Made by a program: the position numbers and the translations under genes
Notes under the pieces: model-generated
Seen by the model: only the letters and a program-made list of their open reading frames with translations
Databases searched by the model: none
What the model was told of the DNA's origin: nothing
From: Erysipelothrix inopinata
GTDB lineage: Bacteria; Bacillota_I; Bacilli_A; Erysipelotrichales; Erysipelotrichaceae
Direction of reading: 5' to 3'
DNA length: 32,000 nt
Assembly: GCF_014396165.1 (NCBI RefSeq)
Contig: NZ_CP060715.1
Coordinates: 360,001-392,000, forward strand
Shown: in pieces, positions 1 through 8,869 of the stretch
Layout of the letters: every line of letters begins with the position of its first letter
How positions within the stretch are numbered: position 1 is the stretch's first letter

Positions 1-580
1 GTTTTGATTTCCAAAAGCCTCGGTATGCACCCAAAGGTGATGGGTGTGCTGATTCAATAATTAGATGTTGAGGCTCAATGTATACTTTCTTTTCTTGTGC
101 CTTCTTACCCCATAGAATAAATACCATTGGAGCTTCTCTTTTCCCTAATACTTTAATAACTGTATCAGTAAATGATTCCCATCCTTTTTTCTGATGCGAT
201 AACGGTTCACTCTCTCTCACAGTTAGGAGTGTGTTAAGTAAAAATACCCCTTGTTTTGCCCAACCACTCAAATCACCATTATCTTTTGTCACACCGACAT
301 CATCTTTAAGTTCTTTATAGATATTGATAAGACTTTTGGGAAGCGGTTGATCTGATTGAACCGAGAAGCTTAATCCCATTGCTTGACCAGGTTGATGGTA
401 AGGATCTTGTCCCAATATCACAACCTTCACATCTTCATATTCTACATAATCAAATGCTTGGTAAACTTTATCGTCACTTGGATATACTGTGTATTCATTT
501 CTTTCTTCACTCACATATCGTTCTAAGTCTTTAAAGTAGTTCTTTTCTCTTTCTGACTCAATTAGTTCTGACCACTTCAT
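1..580 (-). CDS. ung: Uracil-DNA glycosylase, family 1 (3' end runs off the window)
   Basis: Absent from the ORF track. Hand translation of the reverse strand from the ATG at 580-578 gives MKWSELIESEREKNYFKDLERYV...VVILGQDPYHQPGQAMGLSFSV...GVFLLNTLLTV...ESAHPSPLGAYRGFW. It carries the GQDPYH and HPSPL loops of family-1 UDG. GGAGG SD 6 nt upstream of the ATG. Confidence 0.9.
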   Translation of the reverse strand, partial: MKWSELIESEREKNYFKDLERYVSEERNEYTVYPSDDKVYQAFDYVEYEDVKVVILGQDPYHQPGQAMGLSFSVQSDQPLPKSLINIYKELKDDVGVTKDNGDLSGWAKQGVFLLNTLLTVRESEPLSHQKKGWESFTDTVIKVLGKREAPMVFILWGKKAQEKKVYIEPQHLIIESAHPSPLGAYRGFWKSK

Positions 581-592
581 CCGCCACCTCCA

Positions 593-620
593 CAAAAAAA
601 GAAGAATTTTATTCTTCTTT
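593..620 (-). terminator. Weak AT-rich hairpin plus T-run after the SBP-like gene
   Basis: Minus strand reads AAGAAGAAT-AAA-ATTCTTCTT followed by TTTTT. The stem contains the last codons and the TAA stop of the 609..2126 gene. The stem is all A/T and G/C-poor, so it may be leaky; ung has no room for its own promoter. Confidence 0.35.
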
Positions 621-2126
621 CATTGTATCATTTTCTTTTAACCAATCATTAGTTAATTGCACAATTTGCTTCACTGCTTCATCGCGTGTTATTTCTTTAT
701 TGAATAACTTACGTAGTGGTTCCATAATATCAACTTCTGTGTAGAGGCTGCGAGCCAATCTATTGGGGTTATTATCCAATGCCATTACTGGAGGTGTATC
801 GTGGAAATTATATGCTTTAATTTTATCCAACACTTCTACATCTTGAATATTAAGATCTTCCATGTTAGTACGATGATATACAGGAATTTTTCCAGTACTC
901 TTTTGGAATATAGAAACTGCTTCACCAGTTCTAAGAATACGTATTGCTTCAGCAGTTGCTGAAGGATATTGAGTCTCACCGTTTCCAACGTAGCCATCCA
1001 CTTCACCTCGTGGTGTCAGATGGTGTTTATCAAACTTAGGGAAAGGTGCAAACTTATAAACATCGCCTGTTGATTCCGAGTATTCTTTCGCAAGATCAAA
1101 ATCGGAGATGATTGTGAAGAGCGACTGGCGATTGAAAAATGCACTTTCGTATTGCCACTTCAAATCCTCAGCTTTCACGATCATTTTAGGTTTTACGTCT
1201 TCTTTATCAGAATCGGATGGTGATTCAGATTCTTTTGGTTTGTCTGTATCCTTTGTATCCTTAGTATCTTCTTTAACCTCAGCGGGTTTCGTTGTTTGGT
1301 CCACTGGTTTTACTTCTTCAGGTTTCGGTTCTTCAATAGCTACCGTTTTATCAAGGACAACATTCCCAAATAACTCAATTAGTTCAAGACCATCTGAAAA
1401 TTCACGGCTATCAAATCCAGGTTTAGAACCTTTTTTTGTCAAGTTCAAAGTCCAACGTCCACCAGTTAAAAATGGATAGAATGATTCTTGATCAACGAAA
1501 GTGAGTGGAAAGACAACATCAATTTTTTCTTGAATCTTATCTGCATTTTTAAAGATTAAGTCCCACGTTTCAAACACATCTGGTAGACCATCTTTATTCT
1601 CATCTTTAGTATCAAAGTTCAATTCTTTCATTAATGTTTCATTGTAAGCAAATAAACTACCAGTAATACTGTTTTGAACTAAGTAATATCCTTTAAGATT
1701 AATTGTATCTTGAAGTTGTACCGGAATTTTAGACCCTACAATTGAATCCATATCAGAGCCAAGGTCTAAAAACTTATCAACAAAGTAAGCAGCATCATTT
1801 TGTTTCACAACCATAACATCATATGGAAACTCTTTCGATAACACATCAATACCTAAAGGATTACTCACTGCATAAGTTAGTGCACCTTCGTTTTCTGGAT
1901 GAAGTTCATTCCATGTTTTAACGGCATACTCCCCCAATGATTCACTTTCGACTTGAATCAGTATTTTTGCATTTTCTTCGATTCTAAACATTTCAGTTTT
2001 TTTATCGTAACAAACGGTTTCTCCATCTGCTGTACATCGCGTTTGGGAAACAATATACCCTGTAGCAATTAAACCCAATACAAGTGAAACGATAATTCCG
2101 ACAATAATTGATTTATTTTGCTTCAT
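609..2126 (-). CDS. Membrane-anchored extracellular solute-binding-protein-like protein with an internal Pro/Lys/Glu/Asp-rich disordered insert
   Basis: Start re-set to ATG 2126 (MKQNKS..., GGGGAA SD 6 nt upstream); it overlaps the fni stop by 14 nt. One N-terminal TM helix (IIVGIIVSLVLGLIATGYIV) and no lipobox. The layout resembles family-1 ABC substrate-binding proteins (ILIQVESE...YDVMVVKQNDAAYFVDKFLDLG...GSLFAYNETLMKELN). Low-complexity insert: EEPKPEEVKPVDQTTKPAEVKEDTKDTKDTDKPKESESPSDSDKEDVKPK. Confidence 0.5.
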   Translation of the reverse strand: MKQNKSIIVGIIVSLVLGLIATGYIVSQTRCTADGETVCYDKKTEMFRIEENAKILIQVESESLGEYAVKTWNELHPENEGALTYAVSNPLGIDVLSKEFPYDVMVVKQNDAAYFVDKFLDLGSDMDSIVGSKIPVQLQDTINLKGYYLVQNSITGSLFAYNETLMKELNFDTKDENKDGLPDVFETWDLIFKNADKIQEKIDVVFPLTFVDQESFYPFLTGGRWTLNLTKKGSKPGFDSREFSDGLELIELFGNVVLDKTVAIEEPKPEEVKPVDQTTKPAEVKEDTKDTKDTDKPKESESPSDSDKEDVKPKMIVKAEDLKWQYESAFFNRQSLFTIISDFDLAKEYSESTGDVYKFAPFPKFDKHHLTPRGEVDGYVGNGETQYPSATAEAIRILRTGEAVSIFQKSTGKIPVYHRTNMEDLNIQDVEVLDKIKAYNFHDTPPVMALDNNPNRLARSLYTEVDIMEPLRKLFNKEITRDEAVKQIVQLTNDWLKENDTMKEE

Positions 2127-3123
2127 GATATTTCCCCAGACTTTCTTGTAGTTCATAATTTACTGTAGGAAGTTGATCAACACGTGTAACACCAATGAGA
2201 ATCATACACTTTCGAATATCCTCTAAGAACTTACCGCACTCTTCCATCATTTCTTCTTCAGGAAGTTGTGAGAATTTTAGAAATTGACCTGATATTCCCA
2301 CACCTTTGGCTCCAAGTGTCAAAAGTTTCACGACATCAAGTGGCGTTTTTACCCCACCCGATGCAAGTACCTCAATGTTTTGATGTAAATCTCGTGTCAT
2401 GAGCAACGATTCAACGGGTGTAATACCCCAATCAGCGAGATATTCATAACGTTTATCTTGCGAACGTTCATTCTCAATCCAAACAAAGTTTGTGCCACCA
2501 CGACCACTCACATCAACATGTTTTACACCACAATCAATAATTTGTTGTACAGTATCATGACTCATTCCAAAGCCCACTTCTTTAACAATAACCGGAACGT
2601 CAACGCCGTCAACAATTGCGCGAATGTGTTCAAGCCAGTGAGAGAACTCTCGATCACCCTCATCCATTGTAATTTCCTGGGCAATATTAATATGGATTCC
2701 TAAAGCGTTCGCATCAATCATCGCGATTGCTCTTTGTGCTTCTTCTACTGTAGCATTCGCACTCACATTTCCAATCACAAAACCATCTGGATTTACATCT
2801 CTTACGATACTAAAACTTGACTCATATTCAGGGTTATCCAAAGCTACATGCTGTGACCCTACAGACATTGCCAAGTTAAAACGCTTAGCCATTTTCGCTA
2901 AGTTACCATTTATGATTCGTGTACTTTCACTTCCACCAGTCATTGCATTGATGTAAACCGGAGTCTCAAAATCTTGATTTAAATAGTGAGCATCTAGTTT
3001 CACATCACTGAAGTTGCAATTAGGGAAGCTATTATGAATGTAACGAACTTTATTAAAATCATTATCATAATCACCTTGTTTTAAGGCGAGTTTTACGTGT
3101 TCATCTTTTCTTTTCGATCTCAT
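2113..3123 (-). CDS. fni: Isopentenyl-diphosphate delta-isomerase, type 2 (FMN-dependent)
   Basis: 336 aa TIM-barrel flavoprotein with INAMTGGS, VIVKEVGFGMS, VSGRGGTNF and ASGGV motifs typical of IDI-2. Its ATG directly abuts the TAA of mvaK2 (TAAATG). Confidence 0.9.
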   Translation of the reverse strand: MRSKRKDEHVKLALKQGDYDNDFNKVRYIHNSFPNCNFSDVKLDAHYLNQDFETPVYINAMTGGSESTRIINGNLAKMAKRFNLAMSVGSQHVALDNPEYESSFSIVRDVNPDGFVIGNVSANATVEEAQRAIAMIDANALGIHINIAQEITMDEGDREFSHWLEHIRAIVDGVDVPVIVKEVGFGMSHDTVQQIIDCGVKHVDVSGRGGTNFVWIENERSQDKRYEYLADWGITPVESLLMTRDLHQNIEVLASGGVKTPLDVVKLLTLGAKGVGISGQFLKFSQLPEEEMMEECGKFLEDIRKCMILIGVTRVDQLPTVNYELQESLGKYHEAK

Positions 3124-4146
3124 TTAATCACTTACCTTTATATCTAAATATAGGATACCATGTTTTGACCATTTTTTCTTTAAATATGGCATCTTCTCTG
3201 GGTTTTCTTTCTCGATAATGGCAATACCACAATCGCCACCTCCAGAACCAGAAATCTTGCTAGCAAAACCAACATCAATCGCATCATTTATTAACAAACT
3301 TAAGGACTCAGTTTCAATATCAATTTCAGCCCAGATTCCTAGTTTTTTCATGATGTCTCGGTATGTTTCACATTCTTTTTTTATTAAGTCATAATTTTCT
3401 CTTTTTAGTGCTTCTTCAAAACTTAATGTCGCTCTTTTCGCTTCTTCTAGGAAGTTTACATAGTACTGTTTATCAACAATACTCTGCTGTCTTACCGAGT
3501 CTGTGAAGGATTTCGTAATATTTTGTTTCTGTGTCCAACCAACCGCCAGTTCATAAGCATCAAAGTTTAGAGACTCAATCTTTAACTTTGGCCAATCGGA
3601 CTCAATATTTTGTAAACTAAGATTGTTCTTGAGCCACTCAGTATCATAACGCTCATATTTTATGACACCACCATAAACACAGGCTGCAATGTCACCACCA
3701 GAACTCACATCACTCGTTTCATGTTGCGCAATCACCGCTAACTTAAACAGTTCTAGTTTTGTAAGTGAAACACTATGGAATCTCAATATAGAATCAATGA
3801 CCGCCACAATCACAACTCCACTTGAACCGAAACCAAACTTAATGTTGTCTTCTTCTAAATTACTTTTAAGTTTTAACGAAAAAGGATGTCTTGTAATCTT
3901 TTTCATATCCAGGTATTGATGCGCAGCCTTCACTGCTGCATCAACTTGTTTCATGGGATGTTTGTTTTCAAACAACGCTTCACCACGTAAAATACCATAC
4001 TTTGATTCAAAGTAATATGTTTCACTGGACTCAATGCTTGCTTCAATCGTACGATTAACAGCCGCAATGATAGCAGGCTGATTCGATTCCATAATCGCAT
4101 ACTCACCCATTAAGAAAAGTTTTCCCGGATAATGATTAACGATCAT
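3124..4146 (-). CDS. mvaK2: Phosphomevalonate kinase (GHMP family)
   Basis: PGKLFLMGEYAIME N-terminal motif, GHMP motif KFGFGSSGVV and C-terminal SGSGGGDCG. Start re-set to ATG 4146 (MIVNHYPGK...), which overlaps the mvaD end by 11 nt. The track start at 4179 is probably too far upstream. Confidence 0.85.
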   Translation of the reverse strand: MIVNHYPGKLFLMGEYAIMESNQPAIIAAVNRTIEASIESSETYYFESKYGILRGEALFENKHPMKQVDAAVKAAHQYLDMKKITRHPFSLKLKSNLEEDNIKFGFGSSGVVIVAVIDSILRFHSVSLTKLELFKLAVIAQHETSDVSSGGDIAACVYGGVIKYERYDTEWLKNNLSLQNIESDWPKLKIESLNFDAYELAVGWTQKQNITKSFTDSVRQQSIVDKQYYVNFLEEAKRATLSFEEALKRENYDLIKKECETYRDIMKKLGIWAEIDIETESLSLLINDAIDVGFASKISGSGGGDCGIAIIEKENPEKMPYLKKKWSKHGILYLDIKVSD

Positions 4147-5083
4147 AGACTTCGATCCCTTTACCTGGTTTACAAACAACTGTTTTCACATCACGTAAGT
4201 GTTCTAAAAGAACATCGACATGTTCTTCAGTTGTCATTATTTTTACATTCGGTCCTGCGTCCATCGTAAAGTACACAGGAATTGTTTTTTGAAGTTCTCT
4301 CACAATATTCATGATTTCAAGTGTCTTCGGTTCAAAATACCACATATTCGCCGCCATTAAAGATGCATGCATTTTAAGAGCATTCTTTTGAGCTAAAAGA
4401 CCCACATTTTCAATATCATGATTAATAACATATGTCGTCATCTGTTCAATATCATTTTGTGCTTCACAAACCCACGCATCAAAATAAGGTGATTCATCTT
4501 GCGTGACATTCATAGCAACACTACTTGGATATGGCTTTAAACCATCGTTTAAGATACATACAACCATTCTAAAATCATGCCATGGCTCCATCTCAATTGG
4601 CTTCGCATAGCTATCATCATGTTGGCTACCACGATTCCAAACAACAAATCCACCATAAATAGAACGTGATGCAGAACCAGAACCCAATCGAGCAAGACGC
4701 GATACCTCTTCATCATCTAAATTTAAATGTAGAGTACTAGCCTTAGCAAGTGCCGCAAAAGCAGATGCAGAGGATGCAAGCCCTGCTTCTTGTGGAACAT
4801 GATTATAAGATTCAATTCGTGCATACTCTTTTATGTTGTAACGCTCTCTCACAACGTCCATAAACTCGAATACACGACGCGAAACCTTGTTATCCACCAA
4901 GACTCCATCAAGCAAGAAAACATCGCTCTCAAGCGATGTATCGTAGTTTACAGAAGTTTCTGTATAGAATTGATCTAAAGTTAAAGATAAACTTGAATTA
5001 CAAGGTATCTTTAATCGGCGATCCGCTTTGCCCCAATATTTAATTAAGGCAATATTTGTATAGGCTCTAACCACCTTAACCAT
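4136..5083 (-). CDS. mvaD: Diphosphomevalonate decarboxylase
   Basis: Canonical AYTNIALIKYWGK, GLASSASAFAALA and LGSGSASRS motifs. Start is either ATG 5092 or, preferred because AAGGAA lies 9 nt upstream, ATG 5083. It overlaps the mvaK1 stop. Confidence 0.88.
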   Translation of the reverse strand: MVKVVRAYTNIALIKYWGKADRRLKIPCNSSLSLTLDQFYTETSVNYDTSLESDVFLLDGVLVDNKVSRRVFEFMDVVRERYNIKEYARIESYNHVPQEAGLASSASAFAALAKASTLHLNLDDEEVSRLARLGSGSASRSIYGGFVVWNRGSQHDDSYAKPIEMEPWHDFRMVVCILNDGLKPYPSSVAMNVTQDESPYFDAWVCEAQNDIEQMTTYVINHDIENVGLLAQKNALKMHASLMAANMWYFEPKTLEIMNIVRELQKTIPVYFTMDAGPNVKIMTTEEHVDVLLEHLRDVKTVVCKPGKGIEVYDR

Positions 5084-6023
5084 TAATATCATTTCCTTTT
5101 AAATCATAAAGCCATGTTGCGACCGCACCTGCTTCCACAAGTTTCGCTGCAACACGCTCAGCACTTTGAACACTATGACATAAAGCAATCATACAGCCAC
5201 CCTTACCACTTCCAGTAAGTTTCGCTCCTTTAGCACCATTTTCAATCGCAACTTGAGTCAGATGATCCAATAATTCATCACTGACATTAATGTTACGAAG
5301 TAATTGATGTGCTTCATTCATACAGCGTCCCATTTCAATAACAGCATTCGATTGAAGATAAATACGTGATTCATTCGTAAGTGCTTCCAAACGATTCATC
5401 ATTGCTTCAACTTCAGCTGGATTTTTTTCTAGTAAATCATTAACTTCTTGTACTGCTAATTTCGTTTGACCCATTTGTCCTGTATCTGCCACAACAAGCA
5501 CAGCATCCAAATCCATAGAGATAACTTGGCGATCTTTTCCTCTTTCAAAAAATACCGCTTTCCCAGATGCAATGGTATTTGCATCCAGTCCCGAAGGATT
5601 AATATGGTGAATTTTTTCCGCAATAGTGACAAGATAACTTAAATCATCATCCGATAAGCGAATACGATATGCATCAAAAATAGCACGCACTATCGAAACC
5701 GATACAGCTGCAGACGAACCCAATCCACGTTGTGGTGGTAAGGTTGACACAACTTTTAAATGCATTCCAAAATTATCTTTTTTAATATAATCCAGTGTCA
5801 CTTCAATCAGTTCTTTAATCCCGCCAATTACAGTTGGCGCCATCGCTAAAGGACCATTGTAGTACAGGCAATCAATGGTTGTTTCACGATCATGGAACTC
5901 TACTCGCGTTTCAATTCTCGCTTCCGAGAATGGTAACGCAATCGCAGGTTTCCCATATACAACAGCATGTTCACCCATAAGGATGATTTTACCAGTTGCA
6001 GATCCGATACCGTAATAACTCAT
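5076..6023 (-). CDS. mvaK1: Mevalonate kinase (GHMP family)
   Basis: GKIILMGEHAVVYG and PPQRGLGSSAAVSV GHMP motifs, plus KLTGSGKGGC. Start re-set to ATG 6023 (MSYYGIG...), preceded by GGAAGGTG. The track's 22-aa TTG extension has no SD. Confidence 0.9.
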   Translation of the reverse strand: MSYYGIGSATGKIILMGEHAVVYGKPAIALPFSEARIETRVEFHDRETTIDCLYYNGPLAMAPTVIGGIKELIEVTLDYIKKDNFGMHLKVVSTLPPQRGLGSSAAVSVSIVRAIFDAYRIRLSDDDLSYLVTIAEKIHHINPSGLDANTIASGKAVFFERGKDRQVISMDLDAVLVVADTGQMGQTKLAVQEVNDLLEKNPAEVEAMMNRLEALTNESRIYLQSNAVIEMGRCMNEAHQLLRNINVSDELLDHLTQVAIENGAKGAKLTGSGKGGCMIALCHSVQSAERVAAKLVEAGAVATWLYDLKGNDING

Positions 6024-6057
6024 AATTACACCTTCCAATTGTTTAATTACATTGTCT

Positions 6058-6065
6058 ATTATACA
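6058..6065 (-). promoter_or_regulatory. Putative -10 element (TGTATAAT) for the mevalonate operon
   Basis: Minus strand reads ...cgtattatTGTATAATagac, about 35 nt upstream of the mvaK1 ATG and downstream of the nusG terminator. No convincing -35 was seen. Confidence 0.4.
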
Positions 6066-6112
6066 ATAATACGAATCGTTTTTTACCAATTCACATTAAT
6101 TCATAAAATTAG

Positions 6113-6156
6113 AATAAAAATGCCCCATTAGATATTTCCATATCAAATGGGGCATT
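6113..6156 (-). terminator. Rho-independent terminator after nusG
   Basis: Minus strand: ATGCCCCATT-tGATATggaaATATCt-AATGGGGCAT followed by TTTTATT. A 10-bp GC-containing outer stem plus a 5-bp inner stem. Confidence 0.75.
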
Positions 6157-6162
6157 ATGAGA

Positions 6163-6699
6163 CTATAATCTCTCTAAATCTGCGTAGGAAATTTCCGTTG
6201 GCGTTTCACGACCAAACAATATCGTTAGAATCATAGCAGTTTGAGAGTCATCATTCATACTATCAACAGTTCCTTCAATTCCAGCAAAAGGTCCTGCCAA
6301 GATACGAACAGTATCTCCAACTTCGAAATCCACAATAAGCTTTTGATCACTCATACCCATACGGCGTAAGATCGACTCGATTTCTTCAGGAGAAACAGGG
6401 AAAGGTTTTGCCCCACCACCTGATGAACCGATAAATCCTGTAACACCGGGAGTATTACGTACAATATACCAAGCTTCATCTGTCATAATCATTTCTACAA
6501 ATAAATAACCTGGAAATAAGTTACGCATTTTCTCTACTTTTTTTCCGTTTTTATATTCAATTTCTTTTTCTTCCGCTACAAGAATACGGAATAACGCGTC
6601 TTCAATCCCCATTGATTCAACACGGCGTTCCAAGTTTTCTTTAACACGGTTTTCATGACCTGAATAGGTATTTACAACATACCATTGTTTATCTTCCAT
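6163..6699 (-). CDS. nusG: Transcription termination/antitermination factor NusG
   Basis: 178 aa. NGN domain start WYVVNTYSGHENRVKENL. KOW motif GDTVRILAGPFAGIEGTV. Conserved position after secE. Confidence 0.95.
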   Translation of the reverse strand: MEDKQWYVVNTYSGHENRVKENLERRVESMGIEDALFRILVAEEKEIEYKNGKKVEKMRNLFPGYLFVEMIMTDEAWYIVRNTPGVTGFIGSSGGGAKPFPVSPEEIESILRRMGMSDQKLIVDFEVGDTVRILAGPFAGIEGTVDSMNDDSQTAMILTILFGRETPTEISYADLERL

Positions 6700-6701
6700 T
6701 A

Positions 6702-6884
6702 TTAACCACCAATTCCTAACAACTTAAGTGCGCGAATTAATACAAACTCTGTTAAAAAGAAATAGGCAACAAAGAAAAGTACAAACGTAATTACGATTGT
6801 AGTATTACGTGACATTTCCTTACGGTTAGGCCAACGAATTTTTCGTATTTCTTCTTTAATTCCAGCGATACTAAACCAACTCAT
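6702..6884 (-). CDS. secE: Preprotein translocase subunit SecE
   Basis: 60 aa, one C-terminal TM helix, KEEIRKIRWPNRKE motif. AGGAGGA SD. Sits between rpmG and nusG. Confidence 0.85.
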   Translation of the reverse strand: MSWFSIAGIKEEIRKIRWPNRKEMSRNTTIVITFVLFFVAYFFLTEFVLIRALKLLGIGG

Positions 6885-6896
6885 ATTGATTTCCTC

Positions 6897-7055
6897 CTAC
6901 TTTGTCTCACAATGTATTGTGTGTTTTCCACAACGTTTACAAAACTTTTTAACTTCTAATCTCTCTTGAACTGTTGCATGATTTCTACTTGTGGTGTAGT
7001 TTCTTGACAAACAATCTTTACAAACAAGAATCACTTTTTCACGTTTATTAGCCAT
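6897..7055 (-). CDS. rpmG: 50S ribosomal protein L33
   Basis: Absent from the ORF track (below its size cutoff). Hand translation: [52 protein letters not shown] (52 aa). It has the CxxC...CxxC zinc ribbon and the canonical L33 pattern. Classic rpmG-secE-nusG order. Confidence 0.9.
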   Translation of the reverse strand: MANKREKVILVCKDCLSRNYTTSRNHATVQERLEVKKFCKRCGKHTIHCETK

Positions 7056-7085
7056 AATAAAAAAACCCCACTTTCGTGCTCTATT

Positions 7086-7115
7086 ACTTTATCATAAACA
7101 CTATCTCAAAGTCAA
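7086..7115 (-). promoter_or_regulatory. Putative sigmaA promoter for rpmG-secE-nusG
   Basis: Minus strand: TTGACT (7115-7110), 18-nt spacer, then the extended -10 TGaTAAAGT. Located between the sigH-like terminator and the rpmG ATG. Confidence 0.5.
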
Positions 7116-7140
7116 TTTATATCCAAGTAATATCACCTCT

Positions 7141-7177
7141 AAAAAAGGGGCGTTTTGATGTCTAATCATCACGCCTC
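7141..7177 (-). terminator. Probable intrinsic terminator after the sigH-like gene
   Basis: Minus strand: GGCGT-GATG-attaga-CATC-aaa-ACGCC then CCTTTTTT. A bulged stem that begins in the last codons and TGA stop. Confidence 0.45.
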
Positions 7178-7765
7178 TCGAATTACAATTCGTCTTAGTT
7201 TTTGGACGATATTATCCACTTTCTTAGGTGTTATCCCTAATTTATCAGCAATTTCCTGATAACCATAACCTTCTTCACGAAGTTCAAACACCCGCTGTTC
7301 GACCAAAGTCATCTTCGACAGGACCCCTCTCAAGTATACCTGAGCTTCGTAATAATTAGCCATGAGTTGCGGATTCGATCTTATATCTCTTGATTCAACA
7401 AGATCTGATAAAAAGATGGAGTCATCTTCAGCGATACTCATATCCAATGAATACCGACTATCGAGAAGCCTATACGACTGTCCTCGACATTTTCGAAGTG
7501 CCGTCTTAACACTTGATACAACACAAAGGTTCACATAAAAAGCAAACCCGACACCACGTGATTCCTGATATGAAAACAGTGACTCATAAAAACCAATATA
7601 GCCTTCTTGATATAAATCTTCAACACCAATTCCTTGTGGTTTCTGAATTGAAAAATGATCGTGCGCCCTTTTCCACATCAAACAATTAAAATTTTGATGT
7701 ACCCGGTCCATGGCACTCCGATCATTTTGGCGAATCATGTAAAGATATTCATAATCACCAATCAT
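7169..7765 (-). CDS. sigH: Sigma-70 family RNA polymerase sigma factor, SigH-like
   Basis: Start re-set to ATG 7765 (MIGDYEYL...). Region 2 (DLYQEGYIGFYESL...) and the region 4 HTH (GYGYQEIADKLGITPKKVDNIVQKLRR) parallel B. subtilis SigH. It occupies the SigH slot between rlmB and rpmG. Confidence 0.75.
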   Translation of the reverse strand: MIGDYEYLYMIRQNDRSAMDRVHQNFNCLMWKRAHDHFSIQKPQGIGVEDLYQEGYIGFYESLFSYQESRGVGFAFYVNLCVVSSVKTALRKCRGQSYRLLDSRYSLDMSIAEDDSIFLSDLVESRDIRSNPQLMANYYEAQVYLRGVLSKMTLVEQRVFELREEGYGYQEIADKLGITPKKVDNIVQKLRRIVIREA

Positions 7766-7784
7766 AATATCCCCCAATACTATG

Positions 7785-8495
7785 TTATTTTCTTCTACGC
7801 ACAATATCAAAAAGAAGGATTCCCGTTGCAACTGATACATTTAGTGAATTAACGGTACCATGCATTGGAATGGTCGTAAGAATATCACATTCTTTCTTAA
7901 CCAATCTTGAAACACCTTTTCCTTCTGATCCAACAACAAGAGCAATGGGAACATCCACATTAAATGTGTCATATTCGACAGCATCAACACCATTTTCAGC
8001 TGCAACAACCCAATAGCCATTTTCTTTTAAATAATTCAATGTTTGCACCAAGTTTGTAACTTGCGCAACAGGAACAGTATTAATAGCTCCTGTCGATACT
8101 TTTGCGACAGTTGCATTTAGACCAACACTACGGTTTTTACCAACTACGACACCATCCGCATTGACTGCATCACAACTTCTTAAGATTGCACCTAAATTAT
8201 GAGGATCTTCAAGTTGATCACAGACAACAATTAGTTTTGTTTGAGCATTAGCTACAATCGTTTCAATGTCTGTATACTCGTATCCTTCAACTTCCATAAC
8301 AATACCTTGATGCGCACCTTTAACCATACGGTCTAAAACTTGTTTATCTACAAATTGAGGTCGGACTCCCATTTCTTTACACAAAGAAACTATTTCTGGG
8401 TAATTGCCCTTATTAAATAAATACACATGTTTAGGCTTTGTTCCTTGTTTTAATGTTGCCGTTACTGTATTTCGGCCAAATATATAATCTTTCAT
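7785..8495 (-). CDS. rlmB: 23S rRNA (guanosine-2'-O)-methyltransferase, SpoU/TrmH family (RlmB/YacO-like)
   Basis: N-terminal substrate-binding domain (IFGRNTV) and SpoU motifs DPHNLGAILRS, LVVGSEGKGVS and SLNVSVATGILLF. Synteny after mrnC. Confidence 0.85.
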   Translation of the reverse strand: MKDYIFGRNTVTATLKQGTKPKHVYLFNKGNYPEIVSLCKEMGVRPQFVDKQVLDRMVKGAHQGIVMEVEGYEYTDIETIVANAQTKLIVVCDQLEDPHNLGAILRSCDAVNADGVVVGKNRSVGLNATVAKVSTGAINTVPVAQVTNLVQTLNYLKENGYWVVAAENGVDAVEYDTFNVDVPIALVVGSEGKGVSRLVKKECDILTTIPMHGTVNSLNVSVATGILLFDIVRRRK

Positions 8496-8869
8496 CGTAT
8501 GTCTACCATCTCTTTAAATTCATTCCAAAGGAATGTTAATCGTTCATTTTGCTGTGTTAGATATAAGTATCCCCACAACGCTTCAAATCCTGTTGCAATG
8601 CGATATGTTGTGACATCCGCATTTTTCGCAATCGAAGCTGACTTTGCATTTCTACCTCTTTTATACATAACCATTTCTTCTTCAGTTAAAGAATCCGACT
8701 CTATTAAAGTCATCATATAGTTTGCTTGTGCTTTCGCACTAACATATTTTACAGATGTTTCTTGTAACTGTTTTGTCTTACTAATCCCAATTGATACAAG
8801 GTATTCTCTAACCTGTAATGATAAAACTGCATCACCAATAAAGGCAAGCACGTTTCCAGAATGATTCAT
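8492..8869 (-). CDS. mrnC: Mini-ribonuclease 3
   Basis: 125 aa with the LAFIGDAV and ATGFEALWGYLYL RNase III-like motifs. 4-nt overlap with rlmB. Synteny cysS-mrnC-rlmB. Confidence 0.85.
   Translation of the reverse strand: MNHSGNVLAFIGDAVLSLQVREYLVSIGISKTKQLQETSVKYVSAKAQANYMMTLIESDSLTEEEMVMYKRGRNAKSASIAKNADVTTYRIATGFEALWGYLYLTQQNERLTFLWNEFKEMVDIR

Noticed and set aside
1108-1479. 123-aa Ser/Gly-rich plus-strand ORF
   Set aside because: It is antisense to the low-complexity PKPEEVKP/TKDTKD linker of the SBP-like gene. No start context. An artefact of compositional bias.
7056-7085. CAC-GAAA-GTG mini-hairpin plus T-run immediately upstream of the rpmG ATG as an attenuator
   Set aside because: Only a 3-bp stem. 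The T-run is more simply the AT-rich spacer between a weak GTGGGG SD and the start codon.
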